DNA from: an uncultured bacterium
GTDB lineage: Bacteria > Vulcanimicrobiota > Vulcanimicrobiia > Vulcanimicrobiales > Vulcanimicrobiaceae
Length of the DNA: 64,000 nt
NCBI GenBank assembly: GCA_964531205.1
Contig: CAZHGH010000003.1
Span: 5,154 to 69,153, forward strand
Reading direction: 5' to 3'
A program made the translations under genes and the position numbers. Shown one piece after another: positions 47,476-57,303 of this stretch. Position 1 is the stretch's first letter. Each line of letters starts with the position of its first letter. Under the pieces are notes generated by a model. It saw only the letters and a program-made list of their open reading frames with translations. It was not told where the DNA came from and searched no databases.

Positions 47476-48044
47476 TTACCGCGGAGTGGGTCACCGCAGC
47501 GAGCGCGTTTGCCACGTTGTTCGTCATTGCTCTAACAGCGTACGCGGGCCTTCGGCAGATTAGGCACATGCGATCCGGTAATCAGGTCGCCGCACTTTTG
47601 CCGCTCACCGAAAAATATTCTGAACCGGCGCTGCAAGAGTCTCTGCAGTATGTCCTTAGCGGCGCGTTGGAACGCGATCTTCGGAACGAGGACGTACGGC
47701 GCGGGATTCAGGCGATTCCGACAACAGGCCCCGGCCGTAAAGCGATGACCATATTGAACTTTTATGAGTCGGTTGGCGCTTTAGTCGGCGCGCGTGTTCT
47801 AGACCTGGATCTCGTACTGCGGTACTTTACGTTGCCAAGCGACCTTTGGGCTCTTGCTAACGACTACATCGCGATCACGCGAAGAAGCCGCGGACCCGAA
47901 GTGTTTGAAAACTTGGAAGCACTTGTCGCGCTGGAGCAGCGCTACGCGGCAAAGCGTGGTACGTCACTTTATCCAAGAAATTTACCTCGTCTTGAAATTC
48001 AAGATTCGTATGCAGCGGTAGACGCGTCATGGTCTAAAACGTAG
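47442..48044 (+). CDS. Membrane-anchored hypothetical protein
   Basis: N-terminal TM (VTAASAFATLFVIALTAYAGL). The start is ATG 47442 or 47460. It overlaps the upstream gene's end. Confidence 0.6.
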   Translation: MEVHAGMDEGLITAEWVTAASAFATLFVIALTAYAGLRQIRHMRSGNQVAALLPLTEKYSEPALQESLQYVLSGALERDLRNEDVRRGIQAIPTTGPGRKAMTILNFYESVGALVGARVLDLDLVLRYFTLPSDLWALANDYIAITRRSRGPEVFENLEALVALEQRYAAKRGTSLYPRNLPRLEIQDSYAAVDASWSKT

Positions 48045-48075
48045 AGAATAAAGTGCCTTACCGGGGGAGGTTCGA

Positions 48076-49011
48076 ATGATTGGTGCTCTTGCGTTTTCAC
48101 TAACGATTGCAACGGTATCACCCACGGCACAGTCACCTGAAGCTGCGCTCGCGGTTAAGCTCGCGCAGGCGATCGCCAGCAGTCGTGGCCTCACCGAAGC
48201 GAAGGTGTACGTCGGCACGCTTCCGCCCGGCGTCAAGGTGCCCGCGCCGTTGCCGAAGTTTACACTCCTTGGAAGTGTCGTTCGCATAGCTACGGCAGAA
48301 GCTATTGGTTCAGCGATGGGGCCGTCCACGACGTTCTATTATGAATTGCCGCCGGATGGGGCGGCTGCTTTAGATACGTACGAAAAACAACTCGCTGCAT
48401 CCGGATGGAAATCCACCGCACTTTTGAAACGTCTCGAGAACCAAATTGCGCCGAATGGCGGTTTCGCCGTCACGCGTATCCGGCCGCAACTGCCGAACGT
48501 GTATTGCAATGGGCGCGGAGGCGTTTTTTCCGTTACGCGATTGCGCTCGCTGCCCTTCATTGCCCTAGACTTTGCGGGCGGACCTGAGGTATCGGCGTTC
48601 TGCGCGATGAGCAGCGCTTTTAGCGCAATGCCGACGCCCGAACCCGCACCGCAACTGCCGACCCTTGAAGCGCCGCCAAACGTAACAATGCAATCGCGTC
48701 TGGCATTGCCGTTCATGGAATCATCCACGCAATCGGAAGCAAGCATTACGACCACGGAGCCATTAGCAACAATAGGCACCGCATTCGCGCAGCAGCTCAC
48801 CAAAGCGGGCTGGAGCGCGGACGACCCTGCCCAAAGCTCGACGGCATACGTGCAAACGTTTCACATGACGAAAGAAGGCCGGCATTACTATGCGACGCTG
48901 AGTTTGCTCTCCTCAGGCAAAGCGCAACACTACGACGCTACGTTAAAAGCCGTAAATTTGGACGCGCACACAAGCACGGGTAACGGCTTTTCTTTTCCGT
49001 TTTTTCCGTAA
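48076..49011 (+). CDS. Secreted hypothetical protein with two similar halves
   Basis: Signal-like N-terminus. Repeated ...QL(A/T)x(S/A)GW... blocks in both halves. Confidence 0.6.
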   Translation: MIGALAFSLTIATVSPTAQSPEAALAVKLAQAIASSRGLTEAKVYVGTLPPGVKVPAPLPKFTLLGSVVRIATAEAIGSAMGPSTTFYYELPPDGAAALDTYEKQLAASGWKSTALLKRLENQIAPNGGFAVTRIRPQLPNVYCNGRGGVFSVTRLRSLPFIALDFAGGPEVSAFCAMSSAFSAMPTPEPAPQLPTLEAPPNVTMQSRLALPFMESSTQSEASITTTEPLATIGTAFAQQLTKAGWSADDPAQSSTAYVQTFHMTKEGRHYYATLSLLSSGKAQHYDATLKAVNLDAHTSTGNGFSFPFFP

Positions 49012-49038
49012 CAGCAGGCCCATGGAGGACAAGCTAGG

Positions 49039-49719
49039 ATGTCGACTTGGGAACCGTTCACACAGCACGCACGCAGAGCGATTGTAGGCGCGCAGGCCGC
49101 GGCGCAAGAGTTCGGACACGATTTTATCGATGCCGAGCATATTTTTATCGGGGTCGCCCGCGAAAGCAGCAGTGCTGCATCTGAAGCGATCTCTGCGCTT
49201 GGCGTTACGGAAGAGACCCTTGTGCGCGGTGTAAAACGCGTTCTTCCGCCAGGAGAGGCCAGCGGCGACACGGAGATGACCTTTAGGCCTCGTGCGAAAG
49301 GCGTGATCGAACGCGCTTTTGTGGAAGCACGGAACTTGCAAAATAACTTCGTTGGTTCCGAGCATCTGCTATTGGGATATCTTGGGAGCCAAGAAAGCGC
49401 CGGCGCGTTACTTCACGAGTTAAACATCGAACGCGACGGCCTTCGAGATGCGATTCTACAACGTGTAAAGCGTGGGCCGGCGCCGGTCAGCGCAACGACG
49501 GACAAAGGACTCGATGCGGCCTATGCATTGACCGCCGGTGTCAAGCTTCCGAGTGCACGCGAGCTATGGGATGCTCTGTCTCGATCGATTCACAACACCA
49601 ACGCGAGGGAGGCGGTGGCGTACGCATTGTTGGTCGCGCGCGAACAGGAGTGGAGTGCGTCTGATTTGCATGACGCCGTCGTGGAATTGACTAAGCGGCA
49701 ATTTCCGCCAGAGACGTAG
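49039..49719 (+). CDS. Stand-alone Clp N-terminal (Clp_R) repeat domain protein
   Basis: Two Clp_N repeats (FTQHARRAIVGAQAAAQEFGHDFIDAEHIFIG, and VIERAFVEARNLQNNFVGSEHLLLGYL). Confidence 0.8.
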   Translation: MSTWEPFTQHARRAIVGAQAAAQEFGHDFIDAEHIFIGVARESSSAASEAISALGVTEETLVRGVKRVLPPGEASGDTEMTFRPRAKGVIERAFVEARNLQNNFVGSEHLLLGYLGSQESAGALLHELNIERDGLRDAILQRVKRGPAPVSATTDKGLDAAYALTAGVKLPSARELWDALSRSIHNTNAREAVAYALLVAREQEWSASDLHDAVVELTKRQFPPET

Positions 49720-50581
49720 CCTGCAAAAATAACGAATACCACGAAAACTTCTGCAAAAGGTCGTCGTGCGCGACGCTCGTCGTCAGGACGAACGTCGGCT
49801 GACGTGTTTGTAAGCGTTGCAACGTCATGTCTTCCGCGAGCCAGACGAAGAGATTGGGCGTCGCTGCCTGCAATTTCCCCATGAGCGCGGAGTTGCCGGT
49901 GCTCGTATCGTCGGTGAAGATGCTCAGCAGGTGATGGTTCGGCTGGCGCGCCCACGACGCAAAAGCATCGTAGTACCCGTATGCCGCATCGAATAGGATG
50001 ACGTCGGTGATGCGCTCGTTCATGCCGCCGCGCGTCAATACGCCGCCCGCACCGCCATAGCCGCCGCTGTGCGCCGTTAGGACGATCCGTCCCGGCCGAT
50101 TCGTATTGGAAACGCCGGAGTTTTTCAACCATGTGCACACGTCGGCCATAAAGCGAGCGAAGCCGTTATCGTCCAGTTCTAGTTTGCCGTCGCCCGAATC
50201 AGGCGCAAACGTCGGTCCCTCAGGGACGATTAAAATCGCATTTCGTTTGCTGGCCAATAGCTGCTCGCGTAGATCGTACGTTTGCAATGTTGCCCGAATG
50301 TCGTGGTTCCATCCGTAAAAGTGGACGACTGCGTCGATCGTACCGGAATTCGGCTGCCATCCATCGGGGACGAATATGGCAACGTTGGAGTTACTGTAAT
50401 GCGTGGCCGCGTCGTACAGCTTGTTCTGATACACGTGCCCTTGTGCGCGGCTGGCATGCGGGTAGGGCGCGGATGCAAACGGCACGATGAACGTCTTGCC
50501 GCCCGCTATTTGCAGTGTTCCGGGCAGTGCGCCTGTCGCAGCTATTGCTGCTGTCATCGATAAAAAGTCTGCACGATTCAT
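49691..50581 (-). CDS. Exported hydrolase-like hypothetical protein
   Basis: Tat-like leader (NRADFLSMTAAIAATGALP). AHSGG nucleophile-elbow-like motif. The start lies 1 nt after the beta-CASP stop. Confidence 0.65.
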   Translation of the reverse strand: MNRADFLSMTAAIAATGALPGTLQIAGGKTFIVPFASAPYPHASRAQGHVYQNKLYDAATHYSNSNVAIFVPDGWQPNSGTIDAVVHFYGWNHDIRATLQTYDLREQLLASKRNAILIVPEGPTFAPDSGDGKLELDDNGFARFMADVCTWLKNSGVSNTNRPGRIVLTAHSGGYGGAGGVLTRGGMNERITDVILFDAAYGYYDAFASWARQPNHHLLSIFTDDTSTGNSALMGKLQAATPNLFVWLAEDMTLQRLQTRQPTFVLTTSVAHDDLLQKFSWYSLFLQATSLAEIAA

Positions 50582-50582
50582 G

Positions 50583-51935
50583 CTAGACGGTTACCGTCGT
50601 GCCGCGGGCCGCGACCGCTGCCGGCCATTGGTATTTCGAGCGCACGAGATCGCAAAGGGCTTGCGCCGACACCGGATCGCCGTGTACGGCATAGAACGAC
50701 GGCTTGCCGGTGCACGTATCGAACCATTGTTGGATCTCGTTGCGATCGGCGTGTGCACTGTAGCCGGTGAGTTGTCCGATGGCGGCGTGGACAGGTAGCG
50801 TGTCGTTATAGATGCGGATCGTCTGCGCGCCGTGCGTGAGGAAGAAGCCCAATCCGCCGGCGCTTTGATATCCGACGAAAAGCACCGTGGAATGTGGATC
50901 GGCGATGTGATCGTGGAGATGATGCAAAACACGCCCGCCGGTTGCCATACCGCTTGCCGATACGATGATGTGAGGCCCTTTGACGGCATTGATCGCTTTT
51001 GACTCTTCCGTTTCGACCGTTATCGTAAGATTGTGAACGCCGAACGGCGTGCCCGGACCGTCGAATGGAATTGGCTTATGGGCATCGGAGAAATGTTCGA
51101 ACAAATCGTCGACTTCCGACGCCATCGGACTATCCAGAAAGACGGGAATCTGCGCAATCGTTGTATTTTTGCGCTGAAGCTGTCCGATGGACATCAAAAT
51201 TTCTTGCGAGCGTTCCACCGCGAATGCGGGAATGACGATCGCGCCACCCCGCGCGATTCCATGCATGAGCTGCTCTTCCAGCGCGCCCACAGCATCGGGC
51301 GGGTGCACGCGATCGCCATACGTGGATTCGCAAATTAACGTATCCGCTTGCCCGATCGGTTGGGGATCGTACAACAGCGGGCGGTTGTAACGCCCCAAGT
51401 CCCCCGAAAAGACGATAGTGTGTGCGTCAATCCGTAGTTCCGCGAATGCCGAACCGATGATGTGGGCGGCGTTGCGAAACGTTGTGGTGAAGCCTGCCAC
51501 CTCAAACTGCGTGTCCAGCGGAGTGGGTTTCGTTTGCTGAATCGCCTGTTGGACGTTCGCTTCATCGTAGAATGCCGGCGGCGCGTATGCCTGTTCGTGT
51601 AAGCCGCGCGCGTGCAAATGCGCTTGCAAATGTGCGGCGTCTTCGAGCACGATTCGCATCAACGCACGCGTTGCCGGCGTTGCGTAAATCGGACCCCGGA
51701 AGCCATCGCGCACGAGTTTGGGCAAATACCCTACGTGATCGATGTGGCCGTGCGTGATGATGACGGCCTCGATGTTATTCGCTTTAACGGGCAGCGGTAT
51801 GCTGTTCAACGACACGATGTCTTTCGTGCCTTGAAAAAGCCCGCAGTCGATGAGAACGTGGCGTCCGTTCGACGTGAGCAGATGCTTGCTGCCGGTAACG
51901 GTCCCGGCCGCCCCGATAAACGTTAATTCAGCCAC
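50583..51935 (-). CDS. MBL-fold beta-CASP nuclease (RNA-specificity-domain type)
   Basis: HGHIDH, beta-CASP blocks, C-terminal GYSAHAD. GTG 51935 start (VAELTFIGAAGTVTGSKHLL). The ORF extension to 52187 overlaps the upstream gene. Confidence 0.88.
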   Translation of the reverse strand: MAELTFIGAAGTVTGSKHLLTSNGRHVLIDCGLFQGTKDIVSLNSIPLPVKANNIEAVIITHGHIDHVGYLPKLVRDGFRGPIYATPATRALMRIVLEDAAHLQAHLHARGLHEQAYAPPAFYDEANVQQAIQQTKPTPLDTQFEVAGFTTTFRNAAHIIGSAFAELRIDAHTIVFSGDLGRYNRPLLYDPQPIGQADTLICESTYGDRVHPPDAVGALEEQLMHGIARGGAIVIPAFAVERSQEILMSIGQLQRKNTTIAQIPVFLDSPMASEVDDLFEHFSDAHKPIPFDGPGTPFGVHNLTITVETEESKAINAVKGPHIIVSASGMATGGRVLHHLHDHIADPHSTVLFVGYQSAGGLGFFLTHGAQTIRIYNDTLPVHAAIGQLTGYSAHADRNEIQQWFDTCTGKPSFYAVHGDPVSAQALCDLVRSKYQWPAAVAARGTTVTV

Positions 51936-52560
51936 GGCTCTCCTGTAAAATGCGCGGGCGCGGATGAGAAGGCGGCATCGGCGGTGGAATTGCTTCCCGA
52001 TCGAATGCCTTTGAGCTTGGAATCGGTTCGGAGCGGTACATGTCCAGGCAGCGGTCGACGAGACGTTCGGGATTGTCGTCGGCAATAAGAATCGAACCCG
52101 TGTTCTTTTGCACGAGGCGCGCGATGTTTTCGAATTCATTCGAAATGCCGCCGGAGTTGCGCAGAATCCCGATGAGTTTGCCTTCATCGTACGCGATGCA
52201 AAACTCGCCCAGCGTTCCGCTTCGGCCGCCGACGAAGAGTACGAAATCCGCGCTATGGATGTTGTGCGTCTCGCGGCCCATGAGACCGGAACCGGTAAAG
52301 ACGATTGTTGTGTAGGGTTGCAACGGCGAGCCGTAGACGTTCACGTGCTCTTCGGGTGAGAGCGCCGGCGAGACGCCGAGGCTGATACCGTCGCGTTCGT
52401 GCGCGCCGAGCGTTGCCGCGTGCGGCAGCCCGGGACAGGCGCCGGTGACGATCGTGCAATCGCGTTCGGCGATCCGGCGTCCGAGCCGCCGCGCGAGATC
52501 GAGTTCCGCCTCGGAGATGGCTCCGCCGGCGGATCCCATGACGCCAACCTGTATTTTCAT
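51928..52560 (-). CDS. TIGR00725 / SLOG (LOG-like Rossmann) family protein
   Basis: VGVMGSAG, TGACPGLP and GGRSGTLGEF (LOG-type PGGxGTxxE-like) motifs. Confidence 0.8.
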   Translation of the reverse strand: MKIQVGVMGSAGGAISEAELDLARRLGRRIAERDCTIVTGACPGLPHAATLGAHERDGISLGVSPALSPEEHVNVYGSPLQPYTTIVFTGSGLMGRETHNIHSADFVLFVGGRSGTLGEFCIAYDEGKLIGILRNSGGISNEFENIARLVQKNTGSILIADDNPERLVDRCLDMYRSEPIPSSKAFDREAIPPPMPPSHPRPRILQESRG

Positions 52561-52592
52561 TTGAAAAGGCGCTCCGGTCTGACCTCCGCGCC

Positions 52593-52609
52593 CCCCATCA
52601 AAGATGGGG
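52593..52609. promoter_or_regulatory. Palindrome CCCCATC-AAA-GATGGGG in a divergent intergenic region
   Basis: Read directly. 7-bp arms. Confidence 0.25.
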
Positions 52610-52651
52610 CCCCCAATGTCTCATGGCGCGTAAATGTGACTGCTGACATGA

Positions 52652-53455
52652 TTGCCTCCCGTGGGCGCCGCATTAGTTTCCGTGAATTCCGTGAATTCTT
52701 ACAGCGACCTTGAAAGGCGATGGAAGGCGTTGCGGGCGCGCGACGGTATCGCGGTGCGTGAAGTAGCTTGCGTCGGCGCGCCGCGTACGCTGTTATGCGC
52801 AGAACTCGGCGATCACGCGAAGCCAACGATTGCGTTGGCATCGGGCGTGCATGGTGACGAGCCGGCGGCACCGTGGGCGTTGTTATCGCTGGTTGAAAGC
52901 GAAGAGTTGGATCCGCGTTATGCGTATCGAATCTGGCCCTGCACGAATCCGACTGGATACGCCGCCGGTACGCGCGTCAGTGCCGACGGCGTCGATATCA
53001 ATCGGAGTTTCGGACGCGGTGGCCAATCACCGGAAGCGCGGGCGATTGTCACGGCAAACCGCAATCGCAAATTCGCGCTGTCACTCGATTTGCACGAAGA
53101 CACCGATGCAGACGGTTTTTACTGCTACGAATATCGCAGCCTTGAAATCGGCCGCGAAGTCGTCAACGCGGTGCGGGAAGCGCGCTTCCCCATTCAAGAT
53201 CTCGCGCAATGCGATTTGGGTGCGCCGTTCGAGCAACTGCAACTGGAAGACGGCGTCGTGCGGCCAAACTCCGAGCAAGAGATACAAGCCATCGGCGGAC
53301 TCTCCTACAACCTGTCGCTGGCGCGGCACGCGGCCGCACGTGTGCTGACCTTCGAAAGTCCGGTGCGCTTGGCTTGGGATGACCGCATCGCAATTCACAG
53401 GATTGCGGTAAAGGCTGCTATCCAAGCGCTTTCGAAGGAAGCGCGTCATGGCTGA
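52652..53455 (+). CDS. M14-family zinc carboxypeptidase / succinylglutamate desuccinylase-like protein
   Basis: SGVHGDEPA (HxxE), NPTGY and LDLHED blocks. Several alternative GTG starts between 52661 and 52691. Confidence 0.8.
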   Translation: MPPVGAALVSVNSVNSYSDLERRWKALRARDGIAVREVACVGAPRTLLCAELGDHAKPTIALASGVHGDEPAAPWALLSLVESEELDPRYAYRIWPCTNPTGYAAGTRVSADGVDINRSFGRGGQSPEARAIVTANRNRKFALSLDLHEDTDADGFYCYEYRSLEIGREVVNAVREARFPIQDLAQCDLGAPFEQLQLEDGVVRPNSEQEIQAIGGLSYNLSLARHAAARVLTFESPVRLAWDDRIAIHRIAVKAAIQALSKEARHG

Positions 53456-55100
53456 ACGCGATTCTCTCGAAGTAGACGTGCTGTTCGTGGGCGCCGGCCC
53501 CGCAAGCTTGGCCGGAGCTATCCGTCTCATGCAACTGGCTAAAGCGGCCGGCAAAGAGTTGGAAGTGCTCGTAATCGACAAGGCCGGAGAGATTGGTAAT
53601 CACGGCCTCTCGGGCGCGGTGATGGATCCAAAAGCGCTTGATGAGTTGTTGCCGGATTGGCGTACTGAAGCGCCGGTCGAATCGCCGGTAACCGGCGATC
53701 AACTGTGGATGCTCACCGAACACGGCAAACTGAAAGCGCCGATCGTTCCGCCGATGATGAACAATCACGGCAAATACGTCGCGTCGCTTCAAAAGATCGT
53801 CAAGTGGATGAGCGAGAAAGCGGAAGAGGCCGGCGCGCAAGTCTTCGGCGAGTTTCCCGGACAGGAATTGTTGTGGGACGGCGACCGCGTCATCGGCGTC
53901 AGGACCGGCGATAAAGGGTTAGATAAACACGGTAACCCGAAACCCAATTACGAGCCCGGTGCGGATATTTTCGCGAAGATCGTCGTGCTTGGTGAAGGAC
54001 CGCGCGGAACGCTCGTCAAGCAAGCCGTTCCGCGCCTTAGCCTGGATGAAGGCTGCGAACCGCAAGTCTACGCCGCAGGCGTCAAAGAGTTGTGGCAATG
54101 CCCGCCGGGCAGCGTGCAGGCCGGCAGCGTCATTCATACGCTCGGGTATCCGCTTCCGAACGACACGTTCGGCGGCGGATTCATCTATGGGATGGCGAAC
54201 GATATCTTGGACATCGGCTTCGTCACCGGCTTAGATTACAAAGATCCGACGACCGATCCGCACAACGTCTTCCAATTGTTCAAAGCACAACCTGCGGTGC
54301 GCAAAATGCTCGAAGGCGCGAAGCTGCTGCGCTACGGCGCGAAAGCGATTCCCGAAGGCGGACTGTACGCAATGCCGCGCTTTTACGGCGACGGATTGAT
54401 GATCGTTGGCGACTCCGCGGGGTTTCTGAACGGTATGCGCCTCAAAGGCGTCCATCTCGCGATGAAGTCCGGTATGCTCGCGGCAGAAAGCGCGTTCGAA
54501 GCGTTGCAAGCGGAGAAGTTCGATAGCGCACAGCTCTCATCGTACGAAACGAAGTTCAAAGAGTCTTGGGCCTTCCAAGAGCTTCATTCCGCGCGTAACT
54601 TTCACCAAGGATTCAAGCACGGCCTCATTCACGGCATGCTGAACACGGGTCTCGGCATGTTTACGGGCGGACGCGGCTTTGGAGTTGTCTCGCGGCTGCC
54701 GGGCGAGCACGGCTTCGAACGCATGGAGAAACGCGGCTACCGCCCGAAAGAATCGCGGCGCGCAGTCATCGACAATGTCGTAACGTTCGACAAGCTTACC
54801 GACGTCTTCAACAGCGGCACGATGCATGAAGAAGATCAGCCGAGCCATTTGAAAGTGGCCGATACGGACATTTGCCGCGATAAGTGCACGGTGGAATACG
54901 GAAATCCGTGCGCGTATTTCTGTCCTGCAAAAGTCTACGAGCCGATTTTCGAAAAAACGGATGCTACCGTCAAAGGCGAGCTGGTCATCAACTTCACGAA
55001 TTGCGTGCATTGTAAGACGTGCGACATTGCGGACCCGTATCAAATCATTACGTGGGTGCCCCCGCAAGGCGGCGAGGGTCCCGTTTACACCGGAATGTAG
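53448..55100 (+). CDS. Electron-transfer flavoprotein:ubiquinone oxidoreductase
   Basis: VGAGPASLAGA FAD motif and C-terminal 4Fe-4S block CVHCKTCDI. Confidence 0.93.
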   Translation: MAERDSLEVDVLFVGAGPASLAGAIRLMQLAKAAGKELEVLVIDKAGEIGNHGLSGAVMDPKALDELLPDWRTEAPVESPVTGDQLWMLTEHGKLKAPIVPPMMNNHGKYVASLQKIVKWMSEKAEEAGAQVFGEFPGQELLWDGDRVIGVRTGDKGLDKHGNPKPNYEPGADIFAKIVVLGEGPRGTLVKQAVPRLSLDEGCEPQVYAAGVKELWQCPPGSVQAGSVIHTLGYPLPNDTFGGGFIYGMANDILDIGFVTGLDYKDPTTDPHNVFQLFKAQPAVRKMLEGAKLLRYGAKAIPEGGLYAMPRFYGDGLMIVGDSAGFLNGMRLKGVHLAMKSGMLAAESAFEALQAEKFDSAQLSSYETKFKESWAFQELHSARNFHQGFKHGLIHGMLNTGLGMFTGGRGFGVVSRLPGEHGFERMEKRGYRPKESRRAVIDNVVTFDKLTDVFNSGTMHEEDQPSHLKVADTDICRDKCTVEYGNPCAYFCPAKVYEPIFEKTDATVKGELVINFTNCVHCKTCDIADPYQIITWVPPQGGEGPVYTGM

Positions 55101-55139
55101 CAAGACAATCGAGCGCTACCCGGGAGGCGCGAAACTGCT

Positions 55140-55943
55140 TTGCGCCTCTCACCGTTTATAAAGGCTGTGAAGCGGCTCGATTTTTCGCTCGTGTTGCTGC
55201 TATTGGTATTGGTGCTTTTCGGAGGCGCCATCGCCGAGATGGCGCGCGCCTATCCCGATGCGGGACGTGGACTGATTATCTACGCGCGCGAGCAGAAAGA
55301 TCTGTTTGTCGATGCCGGTCTCATTCAAGAATCCTATCGAGTGCGCACGCCTTTCTCACTGGCCGATCGTTTGCGTGCGCAGACGGTCATTGTAGCGACG
55401 CAAACAAGTTCGCACAGCGCCTATGTCGGTGCCGGCGTGATCATTGGGCAGCGCAACGGCATGCTGACGGTGCTCACTGCAAAGCACATCATCGCACACA
55501 AGGGCGAGCACTTCGTCGTCTTCGCGAATCATCATGGAAGATATGCGGCGCGCGTCGTGCCCTCGAGAAATGAAGACTTGGCGCTCGTATTCGTACGCGC
55601 GGTTCCCGGACTCAAGTATTCCATTGCAAAATTAGGCCAACGCAGCTTCAGTAGTGGCGACACCTTTGTTGTGATGGGACATCCCGGCGCAAAGGCGTGG
55701 ACCGCTTCGCCCGGCGTAGCCGAGGCACACCTGCGCGAGACGCTGTTGTTTTGTCCGACGTGCGATCGCGGCGATTCCGGCGCCGGTGCGTTTGACAGGC
55801 GTGGCACGTTGCGCGGCATCGTCGTAACGAAAGCAATTATGAGCGCGCCGTCGTCTAAAACTTGGCGCTACATTTCTCTGACGGCGTTTGAAATCGAACG
55901 TCCGGAGGCGATTCGCGCATTCCTGCGAACTGCAAAATCGTGA
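55140..55943 (+). CDS. Membrane-anchored trypsin-like serine protease
   Basis: N-terminal TM. His (AKHIIAH), Asp (NEDLAL) and Ser (GDSGAG) in the expected order. Confidence 0.78.
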   Translation: MRLSPFIKAVKRLDFSLVLLLLVLVLFGGAIAEMARAYPDAGRGLIIYAREQKDLFVDAGLIQESYRVRTPFSLADRLRAQTVIVATQTSSHSAYVGAGVIIGQRNGMLTVLTAKHIIAHKGEHFVVFANHHGRYAARVVPSRNEDLALVFVRAVPGLKYSIAKLGQRSFSSGDTFVVMGHPGAKAWTASPGVAEAHLRETLLFCPTCDRGDSGAGAFDRRGTLRGIVVTKAIMSAPSSKTWRYISLTAFEIERPEAIRAFLRTAKS

Positions 55944-57073
55944 CGCATTGGCAAGCGTCCGGCGACGTTGCGATTGTCGGCGCGGGAATCATCGGTCTTT
56001 CTGTAGCTTTCGAGCTCGCTTCGCGCGGGGCGTACGTGCGGGTTTACGATACGGCCGCTCCCGCAAGTGCTGCGTCGTGGGCTGCTGCGGGTATGCTGGC
56101 ACCGCGCACCGAGCACATGGCGGACGATGCGATGCAACGCCTGTGCGAAGCTTCCCTCGATCTCTATCCCGCGTTTGTGCGCGCGTTGCAAAACGCCGGA
56201 GGAATCGACCCGCACCTGCGTCTCGACGGTATTTTGCATGCTGCATACGATGCGGCGGGCTTAGAACGATTACGCACGCGCGCAGCCGATTTGCGGGCGA
56301 GCGGCCACGAGGTTGAGCTTCTCGATCGGACACAGACATTCGCAGCAGAACCCGCGCTGAGCAAGACCGTTACCGGCTCACTGCTCGTGCAAGGCGAGGG
56401 CCAAATCGATAACCGCCGGCTCGGACGTGCGTTGCTCGCCGCGTGCGAATTACGGGGCGTTCGCGTCCACACCGCCGAGCGCGTCGAGATCGAATCCGAT
56501 GCGCGCCGCGTACTGGGTTTGCGCACCGACATGGGATACGTCGCGGCAGGCGCGGTTATTAATGCGGCGGGCGCTTGGGCGTCGCGCGTCGGCGGCGTCC
56601 CGCATTCGTGCATCCCCCGCGTCGAGCCGGTCAAAGGACAAATGCTCGCAATCGAGATTCCGAAAGGCTTCATGCGCCGCACGACGTGGGTGCCCGGCGC
56701 GTACCTAGTGCCTAGATTGGACGGGCGTTTGCTCGTCGGCGCAACGTCGGAGCGGCAGGGCTACGATGTGCGGGTGACCGCCGGCGGATTGGAGACGCTG
56801 CTCGCTGCGGCCGTGAGTTCGGCTCCGAGCCTGAGTGGCTTTAGTGTCACTGAAACGTGGGCGGGGCTGCGCCCAGGAACGCCGGACGAGCGCCCCTTCC
56901 TAGGCTCGACGGCGCTCGAGGGCTATTACCTGGCAACGGGACATTACCGTAACGGCATTTTGCTGGCCCCAATCACGGCGAAATTGCTGGCCGATACGCT
57001 GGAGTTCGGGCAAGTCGAGGCCCTGCAGCCATTCGCGCTCGAACGCTTTGGAACGAAACTTTCGCCTGTATAG
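55940..57073 (+). CDS. thiO: Glycine oxidase
   Basis: VGAGIIGLS FAD motif, DAO family. Context with thiS and thiG. GTGA overlap with the protease gene. Confidence 0.85.
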   Translation: MTHWQASGDVAIVGAGIIGLSVAFELASRGAYVRVYDTAAPASAASWAAAGMLAPRTEHMADDAMQRLCEASLDLYPAFVRALQNAGGIDPHLRLDGILHAAYDAAGLERLRTRAADLRASGHEVELLDRTQTFAAEPALSKTVTGSLLVQGEGQIDNRRLGRALLAACELRGVRVHTAERVEIESDARRVLGLRTDMGYVAAGAVINAAGAWASRVGGVPHSCIPRVEPVKGQMLAIEIPKGFMRRTTWVPGAYLVPRLDGRLLVGATSERQGYDVRVTAGGLETLLAAAVSSAPSLSGFSVTETWAGLRPGTPDERPFLGSTALEGYYLATGHYRNGILLAPITAKLLADTLEFGQVEALQPFALERFGTKLSPV

Positions 57074-57089
57074 CGAAGTTGCCGTTCAC

Positions 57090-57290
57090 GTGAAAGCTTC
57101 CATCAATGGCCAAGAGCATGAACTGCCCGACGGACTAACCGTGGCACAGCTCCTCGTACACGTTCAAGCACCGCAACGCGGTATTGCCGTGGCGAAGAAC
57201 GATCGCGTCGTGCGCCGCGCCATGTTCGAGCAAGAGCGTGTGAACGAGGGCGATCGCGTCGAGATCATTAAGGCTGTCGCAGGCGGGTAG
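57090..57290 (+). CDS. thiS: Sulfur-carrier protein ThiS
   Basis: 66 aa ending in [23 protein letters not shown] 57090 is preferred over the 57048 extension. Confidence 0.85.
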   Translation: MKASINGQEHELPDGLTVAQLLVHVQAPQRGIAVAKNDRVVRRAMFEQERVNEGDRVEIIKAVAGG

Positions 57291-57303
57291 AGATTCAAAG
57301 ATT

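Noticed and set aside
51936-52187. Upstream extension of the beta-CASP ORF (also 62042..62383 for the SBP, 41903..42055 and 15746..15943 for downstream genes).
   Set aside because: The extensions overlap the preceding real gene in another frame. Conserved N-termini begin at internal GTG starts, some with an SD sequence or a 4- or 8-nt coupling overlap.
52679-52698. Tandem 9-mer TCCGTGAAT x2.2 creating two GAATTC sites.
   Set aside because: It is very short and lies at the ambiguous 5' end of the M14 gene (it encodes VNSVNS). It is most simply a small slippage duplication.
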